Assembly (NCBI RefSeq): GCF_047634355.1
Contig: NZ_JBLIAL010000003.1
Length of the DNA: 64,000 nt
Direction: 5' to 3' (one strand)
Source: Porticoccus sp.
Lineage (GTDB): Bacteria; Pseudomonadota; Gammaproteobacteria; Pseudomonadales; Porticoccaceae
In this document: piece after piece, positions 33,110 through 43,445 of the stretch
How the letters are laid out: every line of letters begins with the position of its first letter
Numbering within the stretch: the first letter of the stretch is position 1
Position numbers and translations under genes: made by a program
Notes under the pieces: model-generated
Database searches by the model: none
Told to the model about the DNA's origin: nothing
The model's input: only the letters and a program-made list of their open reading frames with translations

Positions 33110-35278
33110 ATGGATGTCACGACAATACTCGATCCCCTAAACCCTGCTCAACGTGAGGCTGTTTCCAGCAACGCCAGTCATCTTCTGGTTCTGGCAGGTG
33201 CCGGCAGTGGTAAAACCCGCGTTCTTGTCCATCGGATTGCCTGGTTGATACAGGTGGAACAGGTTTCGCCCTATTCGATCATAGCGGTCACCTTTACCAA
33301 TAAAGCGGCGAGGGAGATGCGGGGGCGTATTGAAGAACTGTTGGGTTTCTCCGCCCGGGGAATGTGGGTGGGCACCTTTCACGGATTGGCCCATCGACTA
33401 CTCAAAATGCATTGGCAAGATGCGAGTCTGCCGGAAAATTTTCAGATACTGGACAGTGACGATCAGCTTCGGTTGGTAAAACGACTCTATCAGGGCCTGG
33501 GTATTGATGACAGTCGCTGGCCGCACCGACAGGCCCAGTCATTTATTAACAACCAGAAAGATGAGGGACTGCGCAGTCGCGATTTGCAACCGGCTCACGA
33601 TCCCTATCAGCGAACCATGCAGCAGGTTTATGCTGCCTACGAGGAAGCCTGTGAGCGCGGCGGCATGGTGGATTTCGGTGAGCTACTGCTTCGTGCGCAC
33701 GAGCTCTGGCTGAAAAATCCCGAACTCCTGCAGCATTATCAGCATCGTTTCCGGCATCTGCTGGCAGACGAGTTCCAGGATACCAACGCTATTCAATATG
33801 CCTGGTTGCGGGTGCTGGCAGGTGATCAGGTACCGGTAACGGCGGTGGGTGATGATGATCAGTCAATCTATGGCTGGCGCGGCGCCAAGGTGGAAAACAT
33901 ACGCTATTTTTCCCGCGATTATCCGGCTACCCAGACTGTAAGACTGGAGCAGAATTACCGTTCCAGTAAAAACATCCTCGAAGCAGCCAATGCGGTGATT
34001 TCGCGCAACGCCAATCGGTTGGGTAAAAACCTGTGGACAGAGGACAATGAAGGTGAGGCTATCTCACTCTATGCCGCCTTCAACGAGCAGGATGAAGCCC
34101 GTTTTATTGCCGAGCGGCTGAGGGAATGGGTCAATCAGGGCAATCTGCGTGAGGAGTCGGCCATTCTTTACCGTTCCAATGCACAGTCCCGGGTACTCGA
34201 AGAAGCTCTGTTGCGCGCGGCCATCCCCTATCGTATCTACGGTGGACAAAAATTTTATGAGCGTCAGGAAATACGCAACGCCCTCGCCTACTTGAGATTG
34301 TTGGTCAATTGTCACGACGATGCCGCATTTGAGCGAGTGGTTAACACACCGACCCGTGGTATCGGTGACAAAACAATCCAGGAATTGCGTGAGCTGGCCC
34401 GCGAAGAAGGCATGTCGCTCTGGCGAACAGCCGAGCATGCCATCGCTGCCGGACGTTTTTCGGGCCGGGCCAGCAATGCCTTGGAAGCTTTCCTGAAACT
34501 ACTGGCAAAACTGGGCGAAGAGTCTGCGGGGTTGCCGCTGCATGAATTGGTAGACCACATAATTGAAGGGAGTGGATTGATTGACTTCCATCGCCGGGAA
34601 AAAGGGGATCGCGGTGAATCCAGAGTGGAAAACCTGCAGGAGTTGGTGATCGCCTGCCGATCCTTTGAGCCGGAGGAAAAGGAGTTGCCACCATTGCCAC
34701 AATTTCTCGATCGGGCTGCTTTGGATGCCGGAGACCGGCAGGCAGATGTCGGGGAGGATGCGGTGCAACTGATGACATTACACTCGGCCAAAGGGCTTGA
34801 ATTTCCGTTGGTCTTTCTGGCCGGTATGGAAGAAAACCTGTTTCCCCACAGGATGTCTGCCGAGGATCCCGATCGACTTGAGGAGGAGCGGCGGCTAGCC
34901 TATGTGGGGATTACCCGGGCGATGCAAAAACTCTACCTCACCTTTGCCGAATCCCGTCAGCAATATGGCATCGAAAACTATAACCGCGTATCCCGCTTTG
35001 TCCGTGATATTCCGGCCAATCTGGTGGAAGAGGTTCGGTTGCGCGCCCAGATTAAGCGCCCTACCAGCTATGCCCGGCAACCGGCAATGAACCTCAGTGA
35101 TAGCGGTGAAGACACGGGCCTATCTCTGGGACAGCGGGTTCTGCATCCTATTTTCGGCGAGGGTGTCGTCATCAATTTCGAGGGCAATGGTGCACATGCC
35201 CGGGTACAGGTTAATTTTGATAAAGAAGGAACCAAATGGCTGGTTTTGGCCTATGCCAAACTCAGCCCGGTTGCCTGA
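33110..35278 (+). CDS. uvrD: DNA helicase II
   Basis: AGAGSGKT, DEFQDTN, EQNYRS, EEERRLAYVGITRA, Tudor-like C-terminus. Confidence 0.98.
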   Translation: MDVTTILDPLNPAQREAVSSNASHLLVLAGAGSGKTRVLVHRIAWLIQVEQVSPYSIIAVTFTNKAAREMRGRIEELLGFSARGMWVGTFHGLAHRLLKMHWQDASLPENFQILDSDDQLRLVKRLYQGLGIDDSRWPHRQAQSFINNQKDEGLRSRDLQPAHDPYQRTMQQVYAAYEEACERGGMVDFGELLLRAHELWLKNPELLQHYQHRFRHLLADEFQDTNAIQYAWLRVLAGDQVPVTAVGDDDQSIYGWRGAKVENIRYFSRDYPATQTVRLEQNYRSSKNILEAANAVISRNANRLGKNLWTEDNEGEAISLYAAFNEQDEARFIAERLREWVNQGNLREESAILYRSNAQSRVLEEALLRAAIPYRIYGGQKFYERQEIRNALAYLRLLVNCHDDAAFERVVNTPTRGIGDKTIQELRELAREEGMSLWRTAEHAIAAGRFSGRASNALEAFLKLLAKLGEESAGLPLHELVDHIIEGSGLIDFHRREKGDRGESRVENLQELVIACRSFEPEEKELPPLPQFLDRAALDAGDRQADVGEDAVQLMTLHSAKGLEFPLVFLAGMEENLFPHRMSAEDPDRLEEERRLAYVGITRAMQKLYLTFAESRQQYGIENYNRVSRFVRDIPANLVEEVRLRAQIKRPTSYARQPAMNLSDSGEDTGLSLGQRVLHPIFGEGVVINFEGNGAHARVQVNFDKEGTKWLVLAYAKLSPVA

Positions 35279-35295
35279 TCATTAAGGAAAAAACT

Positions 35296-36393
35296 ATGAA
35301 AGCGCCTATCTTGTCGGCAATGCTGTTATTGGTCCTGGTGGGCTGTAGTGGCGACCGTGACGCTGCATCCCCGGATCGTGAGCAGCAGGCTACCCAGAAA
35401 ACCTACCAGTGGAAAATGGTCACTACCTGGCCAAAAAACTTTCCCGGCCTGGGGATGGCCGCTGAAAACTTTGCTGAGCTGGTGGCGCGTATGAGTGGTG
35501 GCCGGCTCAAAGTCAAGGTCTACGGCGCGGGTCAGTTGGTGCCGGCTATGGAGGTCTTCGATGCTGTTTCACAGGGTACCGTCGAAATGGGGCATGGGGC
35601 TTCCTATTACTGGAAGGGAAAATCTCCGACCACAGCACTTTTTACGACCATCCCCTTCGGCCTCAATGCACAGGAAATGAATGGCTGGTTGCACTATGGT
35701 GGTGGCATGGCGTTATGGCGTGAGCTTTATGAACCCTTTAACCTGATACCGCTGGCAGCGGGCAATACCGGTGTACAGATGGCCGGCTGGTTTAATCGTG
35801 AAATCAATTCCCTGGCAGATCTCAAGGGGTTGAAAATGCGGATACCGGGTTTGGGTGGCGAGGTGATCAGCCGCATGGGTGTGGAGGCAGTCAATATTCC
35901 TGGCGGGGATCTCTATATCGCGATGCAAACGGGTGTGATTGATGCCACCGAGTGGGTCGGTCCCTACAATGATCTGGCATTTGGTTTTCATCAGGTGGCC
36001 AAGTACTACTATTATCCGGGTTGGCACGAACCGGGCCCGACACTGGAGTTGATGGTTAACAAACAGGCTTTTTCCTCCCTGCCAGATGATCTGCAGGCGA
36101 TTGTCGAAGTTGCAGCGCGAGCGATTAATCAGGATATGCTGGACGATTACACCGCTCGCAACAACGGTGCGTTAAAGGAATTGGTGGAAACTCATGGTGT
36201 CGAGGTGCGGCCGCTACCCGATGAGGTTCTGGCGGAACTGAATCGTGTCACCGATCAGGTTCTGGAGGAAATTGCCAACAAAGATCCCCTGTTCAAGCGG
36301 GTTTATGAATCCCAGAATGCTTTCAAAACCGGTGTGATGGACTATCACAAAATTTCGGAAGAAGCGTATTATCGTGCCCGGGAGCTGAAATAG
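35296..36393 (+). CDS. TRAP transporter substrate-binding protein (DctP/TakP-like), predicted lipoprotein
   Basis: WKMVTTWPKNFPG, GNTGVQMAGWF, KGLKMRIPG, YYYPGWHEPG; LVGC lipobox; start ATG 35296. Confidence 0.9.
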   Translation: MKAPILSAMLLLVLVGCSGDRDAASPDREQQATQKTYQWKMVTTWPKNFPGLGMAAENFAELVARMSGGRLKVKVYGAGQLVPAMEVFDAVSQGTVEMGHGASYYWKGKSPTTALFTTIPFGLNAQEMNGWLHYGGGMALWRELYEPFNLIPLAAGNTGVQMAGWFNREINSLADLKGLKMRIPGLGGEVISRMGVEAVNIPGGDLYIAMQTGVIDATEWVGPYNDLAFGFHQVAKYYYYPGWHEPGPTLELMVNKQAFSSLPDDLQAIVEVAARAINQDMLDDYTARNNGALKELVETHGVEVRPLPDEVLAELNRVTDQVLEEIANKDPLFKRVYESQNAFKTGVMDYHKISEEAYYRARELK

Positions 36394-36415
36394 CTGGTTG
36401 TCCCGGCGGGGAAAC

Positions 36416-37462
36416 TCAAAGGGGCTGCGTAAAAGCCTCCGGTTCCGGCTGATCGTCGAACTGTTCCTGAAATGCCTCAACGCTGTCTGTGGCTTTCCTC
36501 AGGGTGGTGAATTCCGCAATATGAAAGAGCGCTTCTCCCTCGTTCACCAGAGGGATCTGCGATGCAGCGATAACAATGCCATCACTGCGTGATTTCAGTG
36601 GTTTTTCCGGGCCACCGAATGGCGAAGCGAGATAGGCCAGTATCTGGCCCTCTTTGACCCGTTGTCCCAATTTGATTTTACTGATCACGATGCCGTCCCG
36701 CTCCGCCCGCAGCCAGTAGCTTCGACTGGCCTTTACCGGGACCAGTTTGCGGGGGGGCTGCTCTGTTCGGGCCGGCAGCATGCCGAGGTGGCGCATGACC
36801 GACATGATGCCCCGCACCCCTGCCTTTATGGCAGGTTCGTCAAAACGCAGCGCTTCTCCTGCTTCATAGAGTATCACCGGTATCCCCAGCTCGGCGGCGG
36901 CGGCACGCAGTGAACCATCCCTGACTTTGGCATCCATAAAAATGGGTGCACCAAAGGCCTCTGCCATACCCAGTGCGGCGGGGTCATCGAGATCCCCACG
37001 AATTTGTGAAAGATTCTTGCGATGGATAGCGCCGGTATGAAGATCAATAACGTGCGTGCAATGGCTGAGCAGTTCCGTATGAATCAGGTTGGCCAGGCGG
37101 CTTCCCAGTGGCCCCCGTGGTGAGCCGGGAAAGCATCGGTTTAAATCGCGTCGATCCGGTAAATAACGGGATTGCTGGATAAAACCGAACATATTTACAA
37201 TCGGCACAATCAGCAATGTACCTGATAGACGGCGAAGTAAGCGCTTGCCAACAATACGGCGGCAGATTTCGATACCGTTAATTTCATCCCCGTGAATCGC
37301 TGCGCAAACCAATAGCACTGGCCCGGGTTTGCGGCTGTGTATAACCTCGACCGGCAAGTCGATGGGCGTGTCTGTATACAGGCGTGCAGCGGGGATGGAC
37401 AGCAACCGGGTCTCCCCGGGATTGATGACCTCGCCTGCCAGTTTCAGGGGTAATCTGCTCAA
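36416..37462 (-). CDS. Succinylglutamate desuccinylase/aspartoacylase-family (M14) metallopeptidase
   Basis: AIHGDEING, RDLNRCFPG, DLHTG, YEAG; C-terminal biotinyl-like domain; TTG start with AGGGA RBS just after the rimK stop. Confidence 0.88.
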   Translation of the reverse strand: MSRLPLKLAGEVINPGETRLLSIPAARLYTDTPIDLPVEVIHSRKPGPVLLVCAAIHGDEINGIEICRRIVGKRLLRRLSGTLLIVPIVNMFGFIQQSRYLPDRRDLNRCFPGSPRGPLGSRLANLIHTELLSHCTHVIDLHTGAIHRKNLSQIRGDLDDPAALGMAEAFGAPIFMDAKVRDGSLRAAAAELGIPVILYEAGEALRFDEPAIKAGVRGIMSVMRHLGMLPARTEQPPRKLVPVKASRSYWLRAERDGIVISKIKLGQRVKEGQILAYLASPFGGPEKPLKSRSDGIVIAASQIPLVNEGEALFHIAEFTTLRKATDSVEAFQEQFDDQPEPEAFTQPL

Positions 37463-37475
37463 AACAGCGATCCCT

Positions 37476-38381
37476 CTAGCCCTGTCCGCGGGTTTTCGTG
37501 CGGGACTGTCGGGCATTTTTTTCAATGAACTGAATGATATTACCCGCTACGTCCTTGCCGGTGGCCGTTTCAATGCCCTCAAGGCCCGGCGATGAATTCA
37601 CCTCCATCACCAGTGGCCCATGGTTGGAGCGAAGAATATCCACCCCCGCCACATTCAGTCCCATGGTTTTGGCAGCGCGAACAGCAGTGGAGCGCTCCGC
37701 TGGAGAAAGCCTGGCCAAAGTCGCTGTACCGCCACGGTGCAGATTGGAGCGGAATTCTCCCGGCTGAGCCTGCCGCTGCATGGCTGCGACCACTTTGTCG
37801 CCAATGACCAGACAGCGTATGTCCGCACCACCGGATTCGGAGATATACTCCTGAACCATAATATCGGCTTTCAGGCCCATAAACGCTTCAATCACGCTTT
37901 CAGCCGCCTTGCGGGTTTCCGCCATCACCACACCGATACCCTGGGTGCCCTCGAGCAGTTTGACCACCAGCGGTGGTCCACCCACCATATCGATCAGATC
38001 CGGAATATCACTGGGTTTGTTGGCATAACCGGTGACGGGCAGGCCAATCCCCTTGCGCGACAACAATTGCAGGGAGCGCAATTTGTCACGGGAGCGGGTG
38101 ATGGCCACAGATTCGTTCAGTGGATAAACCCCCATCATCTCGAACTGACGCAGTACGGCCGTACCGTACGTGGTGACCGACGCACCGATGCGGGGAATCA
38201 CAACGTCAAAGGGCGGTAACTCCACGCCCTTCACATGAATGCTGGGGTTTTGGATATTGATGTTCATGTAGCACTTCAATACATCAATAATCCTGACTTC
38301 ATGGCCACATTCTATTGCTGCCTCTTTCAGGCGACGCGTGGAATACAAGTCAGCATTGCGGGACAGAATGGCAATTCTCAT
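37476..38381 (-). CDS. rimK: Ribosomal protein S6 L-glutamate ligase RimK (ATP-grasp)
   Basis: [55 protein letters not shown]. Confidence 0.97.
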   Translation of the reverse strand: MRIAILSRNADLYSTRRLKEAAIECGHEVRIIDVLKCYMNINIQNPSIHVKGVELPPFDVVIPRIGASVTTYGTAVLRQFEMMGVYPLNESVAITRSRDKLRSLQLLSRKGIGLPVTGYANKPSDIPDLIDMVGGPPLVVKLLEGTQGIGVVMAETRKAAESVIEAFMGLKADIMVQEYISESGGADIRCLVIGDKVVAAMQRQAQPGEFRSNLHRGGTATLARLSPAERSTAVRAAKTMGLNVAGVDILRSNHGPLVMEVNSSPGLEGIETATGKDVAGNIIQFIEKNARQSRTKTRGQG

Positions 38382-38803
38382 TTATTTTTTCCCGCTAAAA
38401 AGGATGTCTGTGGATCCACAATGAATTGCCCTGCCAGGGCTGAACGACCCAACAGCATGCGAAATCTCATGGTATCCCGATTGGTGAGGGTCATTTCTAT
38501 GGGCCAGCTCTGGGTTCCGAGCACTACCGTGGTTTTTATTACAACACGCCGTTCACAATGACCGCCGGAATCGGTGACGACACGCTCATCCACAATGGGA
38601 GCCGCGCAACAGATACTTTGCGTATTTCCCTGCAGGGGGTGGACCCAGATTCTTACCCAGGGAGAACCCCGTTCAGTGAAGGGTTCCAGTTGATGAGCAT
38701 GCAAACAGGAGGTGCGTGCGCCAGTATCCACCTTGGCTTTGATTTGGGCAATGCCCAAATCGGGTAACGCCAACCATTCCCGCCAACCAATCAACTGCGT
38801 CAT
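38378..38803 (-). CDS. RimK-associated retropepsin-like aspartic protease (RimB-like; often annotated ATP-dependent zinc protease)
   Basis: [24 protein letters not shown]; overlaps the rimK start. Confidence 0.9.
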   Translation of the reverse strand: MTQLIGWREWLALPDLGIAQIKAKVDTGARTSCLHAHQLEPFTERGSPWVRIWVHPLQGNTQSICCAAPIVDERVVTDSGGHCERRVVIKTTVVLGTQSWPIEMTLTNRDTMRFRMLLGRSALAGQFIVDPQTSFLAGKNK

Positions 38804-38840
38804 GCTGTTTTTCCGAGTAACAGCGTTGTCCCTTGATGGA

Positions 38841-39155
38841 TCAATCACTGGCTAATTTCTTTAAAAAAGCCTGCATTTCACGCTCGGCCTGGATGTCGCC
38901 GGCAGCACGGGCCTTTTCAAGTCCCTTCGCGAAAGACTGTTTTGCGGCGTCCAGCTGTTCAAGTTTGAACTGTGCCCGCCCCAACAGGTTGTAGGCCGCG
39001 GTATAGTTTTCATCCAATGCCAGACAGAGCTCCAGGTGCTCGATTGCCTGCGCATGACGCTTTTCACGGAGACAGGCGCTGCCGAGACCAAACCGAAGCA
39101 TTGCCGAATCGTTGCCCCGGGCGAGCATCTCTTCAAGGTTATCGATCAGTGTCAT
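38841..39155 (-). CDS. Small tetratricopeptide-repeat protein
   Basis: 104 aa; LRFGLG..A..HL..CL.LD..YTAAY.LLGRA TPR pattern. Confidence 0.8.
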   Translation of the reverse strand: MTLIDNLEEMLARGNDSAMLRFGLGSACLREKRHAQAIEHLELCLALDENYTAAYNLLGRAQFKLEQLDAAKQSFAKGLEKARAAGDIQAEREMQAFLKKLASD

Positions 39156-39218
39156 GGAAGCCTCCCTGATCAACGGTTTGTCCGTTTTTTACCACTGTTA
39201 CTTTTTGTACAGGCGGTT

Positions 39219-40670
39219 TTAGCGGCGCCAGAACATCGGGGTGAAGAGTACCAGAAGAGTAAATATTTCCAGTCGGCCCAACAGCATACCGATACAGAGT
39301 ATCCACTTGGCGAAAATATTGATGTTGCCATAATGGGCCGCTACATCCCCGAGCCCGGGGCCGAGGTTATTGAGAGTCGCAGCGGTAGCGGACCAGGATG
39401 TCACATAGTCGAGGCCTGACGCCAGCAGCAGCAAGACCATCAGATAATAGACAGCAAGATAAACACCAAAAAATGCCCAGATAGCGTTGGTAATCTTTTC
39501 GGGTACGCTGCGATTACGTATTTTGATGGGAAACAGTGCATTGGGGTGAATCAGGCGGTAGATTTCCCGGAGGCTCTGCTTCGCCAGAATCAGCATGCGA
39601 CCCACTTTAATACCGCCCCCAGTGGAATTGGCGCAGGCGCCAAAAAATGACAGAAAAAGCATCAGAAAAGGCAGAAAAGTGGGCCAGATACTGAAATCAT
39701 CAGTGGTAAACCCGGTGGTTGTCATAATAGACACCAGCTGAAAAATACCGTGATAAATGCTTTCACCCGTGCCGTAGGTACCATTCCAGATAAGATAGCC
39801 TGTTACCAGAATACTGCCGGTCAACAGCATTTGAAGATAGAGTTTGGCCTCGGGGTTGCGCAGGTAGTGAGTGAGCGATTTTCTGACAAAGGCATAATAG
39901 TGAAGGCCAAAGTTCAGACCAGAAACGATCATAAAGAAAATGCAGATACCAACAATAGTGGTGTTGCCATCAAAATAGCCCATGCTCGCGTCATGGGTGG
40001 AAAAACCGCCAATGGCTACGGTCGAAAAACTGTGTCCAATCGCGTCAAAAAAAGTCATGCCAGCCAGCCAGTATGCAAGCATGCACGCAACAGTCAGGCC
40101 AAGGTAGATAAAAAATAGTGCTTTTGCCGTTTCAGTGATGCGAGGGGTCAGTTTGTTATCCTTGACGGGTCCCGGTGTTTCTGCACGATAGAGCTGCATA
40201 CCGCCAACGCCCAGCATGGGCATGATGGCCACGGCGATGACAACGATCCCGATACCACCCAGCCATTGCAACTGCTGGCGATAATAGAGAATGGATTTGG
40301 GCAGAAGATCCAGGCCGGTGATCACTGTGGCACCAGTGGTGGTGAGGCCTGACATGGATTCAAATACGGCGTCTGTGATACTTAACTGCAATGATTCGGA
40401 AAGTACAAAAGGCAACGCCCCGACAAGGGCCAGCTCAACCCAGAACATCACAGTAATCAGGAATCCGTCACGGCTGCGAAGTTCTGCACGTTGACGGCTG
40501 AATGGCAGCCACATGAGCACGCCCAATGAAAAAGTGATGGCAAAGGACAGGAGAAAAGCTGCATGGGTTTGTTCATCGTAGATAGTGGCGACCACGATGG
40601 GGGTCAGCAACGTCAGGCTGAAAACCATGAGTAGCAACCCGAGAACTTTTGAAATCACATTAAAATGCAT
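39219..40670 (-). CDS. trkH: Trk potassium uptake membrane protein
   Basis: FESMSGLTTTG, QWLGGIG, STGGGIK, GRLEI. Confidence 0.96.
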   Translation of the reverse strand: MHFNVISKVLGLLLMVFSLTLLTPIVVATIYDEQTHAAFLLSFAITFSLGVLMWLPFSRQRAELRSRDGFLITVMFWVELALVGALPFVLSESLQLSITDAVFESMSGLTTTGATVITGLDLLPKSILYYRQQLQWLGGIGIVVIAVAIMPMLGVGGMQLYRAETPGPVKDNKLTPRITETAKALFFIYLGLTVACMLAYWLAGMTFFDAIGHSFSTVAIGGFSTHDASMGYFDGNTTIVGICIFFMIVSGLNFGLHYYAFVRKSLTHYLRNPEAKLYLQMLLTGSILVTGYLIWNGTYGTGESIYHGIFQLVSIMTTTGFTTDDFSIWPTFLPFLMLFLSFFGACANSTGGGIKVGRMLILAKQSLREIYRLIHPNALFPIKIRNRSVPEKITNAIWAFFGVYLAVYYLMVLLLLASGLDYVTSWSATAATLNNLGPGLGDVAAHYGNINIFAKWILCIGMLLGRLEIFTLLVLFTPMFWRR

Positions 40671-40693
40671 AGGCTAGGACTTCGCTACCAACG

Positions 40694-42076
40694 CTAGAAA
40701 AAGGTGAAGCCAACGGCAAACAGTTTTTCCACTTCCCGGGTACGGCGTTTGTCCACCACAAAGACAATGGCGTGATCGTTGTTTTTCACCACCGTGTCGT
40801 GATGTGCAATGATGACCTCGCCGTCGCGCACCAGTGCCGCCAGGGTGACGCCGGGGGGTGATTTGATTTCTTCGATGGTTCTGCTGACCACTTTGGATGT
40901 TTTACTGTCGCCATGCACGACGATTTCCATTGCCTCAGCGGCGCCCCGGCGGAGAGAGTGCGCTTTAACCGTATCACCGCGCCGCACGTGGCTGAGCAGA
41001 ATACTGGTGGTGGCCTGTTGAGGGGAGATGGCAATGTCAATTTCACCCCCTTGAACCAGGTCGGCATAAACCGGGTTGTTGATCAGGGTCATCACTTTGC
41101 GAGCGCCCAGCCTTTTCGCCAGCAGTGAAGCCATGATATTCACTTCATCGTCATTGGTCAGGGCAAGAAAAACGTCGCTACGCTCGATATTTTCCTCGAG
41201 TAACAGGTCCTGATCCGTGGCGGAGCCATTGAGTACGATGGTTTTATCCAGTCGTTCGGAAATGTACTGGCACCGCTCCTCCGAAAATTCGATGATTTTT
41301 ATGTTGTACTGTTTTTCCAGTGCCTTGGCCAGGCGATAGCCGATATTGCCACCCCCGGCTATGACAATTCGCTGGTAGGAATTTTCAAGCCTGCGCAATT
41401 CGCCCATGACCTTGCGAATATCTTTTTTGGCAGCGATAAAAAATACCTCGTCGCCCTCCTCTATGACAGTATCGCCCTGGGGGAAAATAGGTCGGTCGCG
41501 GCGGAAAATCGCTGCTACCCGGGCATCCACTTTGGGCATGTGCTTGCGGAGGAGTCGCAATTCTTTTCCCACCAGCGGGCCACCCTTGAATGCGCGGACT
41601 GCTACCAGTTGGATCAGACCTTCGGCAAAATCGATAACCTGAAGACTGCCGGGTTGCTCGATCAGACGAAATATATAGTCGGTGACCACCTGTTCTGGGG
41701 TAATCAGGAAATCCACCGGGCAGTTGGCATCATTGAATAGGCGCTCACGCACTTTATCGTCGGTGTAGCTGCGATCGCGAATCCGGGCAATTTTGGTGGG
41801 TGTGCGAAACAGGGAATAGGCAACCTGACAGGACGCCATGTTGATTTCGTCGCTGCTAGTGACTGCCACTAGCATGTCGGCGTCTTCAATCCCTGCGCGG
41901 ATCAGGACGTCCGGGTGAGAGGCCATGCCATAGACGGTGCGAATATCCAGCCGGTCCTGAAGTTCGCGAAGGCGGTGGTCGTTCGTATCGATGACAGAAA
42001 TATCGTTAGCTTCTCCGGCCAGATGCTCGGCGAGTGTTCCACCCACTTGGCCGGCACCGGTAATGACGATTTTCAT
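40694..42076 (-). CDS. trkA: Trk potassium uptake NAD-binding subunit
   Basis: GAGQVG and GGGNIG Rossmann motifs, tandem RCK domains. Confidence 0.97.
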   Translation of the reverse strand: MKIVITGAGQVGGTLAEHLAGEANDISVIDTNDHRLRELQDRLDIRTVYGMASHPDVLIRAGIEDADMLVAVTSSDEINMASCQVAYSLFRTPTKIARIRDRSYTDDKVRERLFNDANCPVDFLITPEQVVTDYIFRLIEQPGSLQVIDFAEGLIQLVAVRAFKGGPLVGKELRLLRKHMPKVDARVAAIFRRDRPIFPQGDTVIEEGDEVFFIAAKKDIRKVMGELRRLENSYQRIVIAGGGNIGYRLAKALEKQYNIKIIEFSEERCQYISERLDKTIVLNGSATDQDLLLEENIERSDVFLALTNDDEVNIMASLLAKRLGARKVMTLINNPVYADLVQGGEIDIAISPQQATTSILLSHVRRGDTVKAHSLRRGAAEAMEIVVHGDSKTSKVVSRTIEEIKSPPGVTLAALVRDGEVIIAHHDTVVKNNDHAIVFVVDKRRTREVEKLFAVGFTFF

Positions 42077-42140
42077 AGCTGGAAATTCCCGTTATTTCGT
42101 TAATAACCCGGACTTTTGAGAAGAAACAACCAACGCGCCG

Positions 42141-43445
42141 TTAAGCGATTGCTGTCTTGACCAGACGGGCAAAATAAAATCCGTCATGGCCACCTATCTG
42201 TGGCATCAACTGGCGCCCTGCAGATGTTGCCATGCCCGCTTCGGTTGCCACCGGTTCGACATGGACAGAATGGTTGTCCCTGGCGAATTCTGCGATGACC
42301 TGATCATTTTCCTGGGCCAGTGTGGAGCAGGTCGCGTAAAGTAAAATCCCGCCCTCTGCCAACAGTGGCCACAGTGCCCTCAACAGGGATAACTGCAAGG
42401 TGGCCAGCTTAGCAATATCCGTTGGTCTGCGCATTAGTTTCACATCCGGGTGTCGACGGATAACACCCGTGGCGGAGCAGGGTGCATCCAGTAAAATCCG
42501 ATCGAAGGGGTGGCCATCCCACCAGCTGGCTATATCGGCGGTATCTGCGGCGATCAGCTTGGCCTGCAAACCGAGTCGCAGCAGGTTATCGGTTACCCGC
42601 GTCAGTCGTTCCGCCGCGATGTCGATGGCAATGACGTCGCCCTGGTTATTAAGCAGCTCGAGTATGTGACCGGTTTTGCCACCCGGTGCACAACAGGCGT
42701 CCAGGACGCGCTGACCGGATCTGGGCGACAGTAGCTGGGCCGCCAGCTGGGCCGCCTCATCCTGCACGCTCACTTGACCCTCGGCAAAACCGGGTAAGTT
42801 AATAACATCACAGGGTTGCTGCAGGGTGATACCGACATCGCTGAATGGCGTGGGATATGCCTGGATATCTGCTTCTGCCAGTTTCGAGAGGTATTGGTCC
42901 CGGCTACAGCGGATTTGGTTTACCCGCAGGGTCATGGGGGGCTGATGGTTGTTGGCCGCCACCAGTTGATCCACCTGCTCCGGCCAGGCCGCCTGCCAGA
43001 GGTCAATGAGCCAATCAGGGTGTGCGGTCTGAAATGCACGACGACCCCCCAGTTTGATATCGAGTGTGGCGCGCTCACGTAAAAATCGTCGCAGTACCGC
43101 GTTGGTAAGACCTTTGGCCCAGTTTTTATTCAGGTTCTGACAGGTGGCTACGGCTTCATTGACTGCTGCGTGAGGGGGGATTCGGGTTTCCAGTAACTGA
43201 TAAAGCGAACAGGCCAGGGTTGCCTCTATGTCAAAATCCTTTTCCTTGAAGGGTTTTGCCAGCAATTCTGCGAGGTACACAGACAGTCGCGGGTAGAACC
43301 GCAATGTGCCATAACACAACTGTTGCAACAATCCGCGGTCGCGGTCATCTACTTTGGCCAGGTACTCGGGCAGAAGTGTATTGAGTGAGCCCTCACCTCG
43401 CAGCACAGACGCGATAATTTTAGCGGTAGCCACCCTGACATTCAT
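42141..43445 (-). CDS. rsmB: 16S rRNA m5C967 methyltransferase RsmB (Sun)
   Basis: NusB-like N-terminus, SVQDEAAQ, DACCAPGGKT, DAPCSATG, HDGFYFARL; start MNVRVA. Confidence 0.96.
   Translation of the reverse strand: MNVRVATAKIIASVLRGEGSLNTLLPEYLAKVDDRDRGLLQQLCYGTLRFYPRLSVYLAELLAKPFKEKDFDIEATLACSLYQLLETRIPPHAAVNEAVATCQNLNKNWAKGLTNAVLRRFLRERATLDIKLGGRRAFQTAHPDWLIDLWQAAWPEQVDQLVAANNHQPPMTLRVNQIRCSRDQYLSKLAEADIQAYPTPFSDVGITLQQPCDVINLPGFAEGQVSVQDEAAQLAAQLLSPRSGQRVLDACCAPGGKTGHILELLNNQGDVIAIDIAAERLTRVTDNLLRLGLQAKLIAADTADIASWWDGHPFDRILLDAPCSATGVIRRHPDVKLMRRPTDIAKLATLQLSLLRALWPLLAEGGILLYATCSTLAQENDQVIAEFARDNHSVHVEPVATEAGMATSAGRQLMPQIGGHDGFYFARLVKTAIA

Noticed and set aside
37620-38219. 199-aa antisense ORF over rimK (similarly 46452-47090 over dprA)
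   Set aside because: Typical antisense shadows in moderately GC-rich coding DNA.
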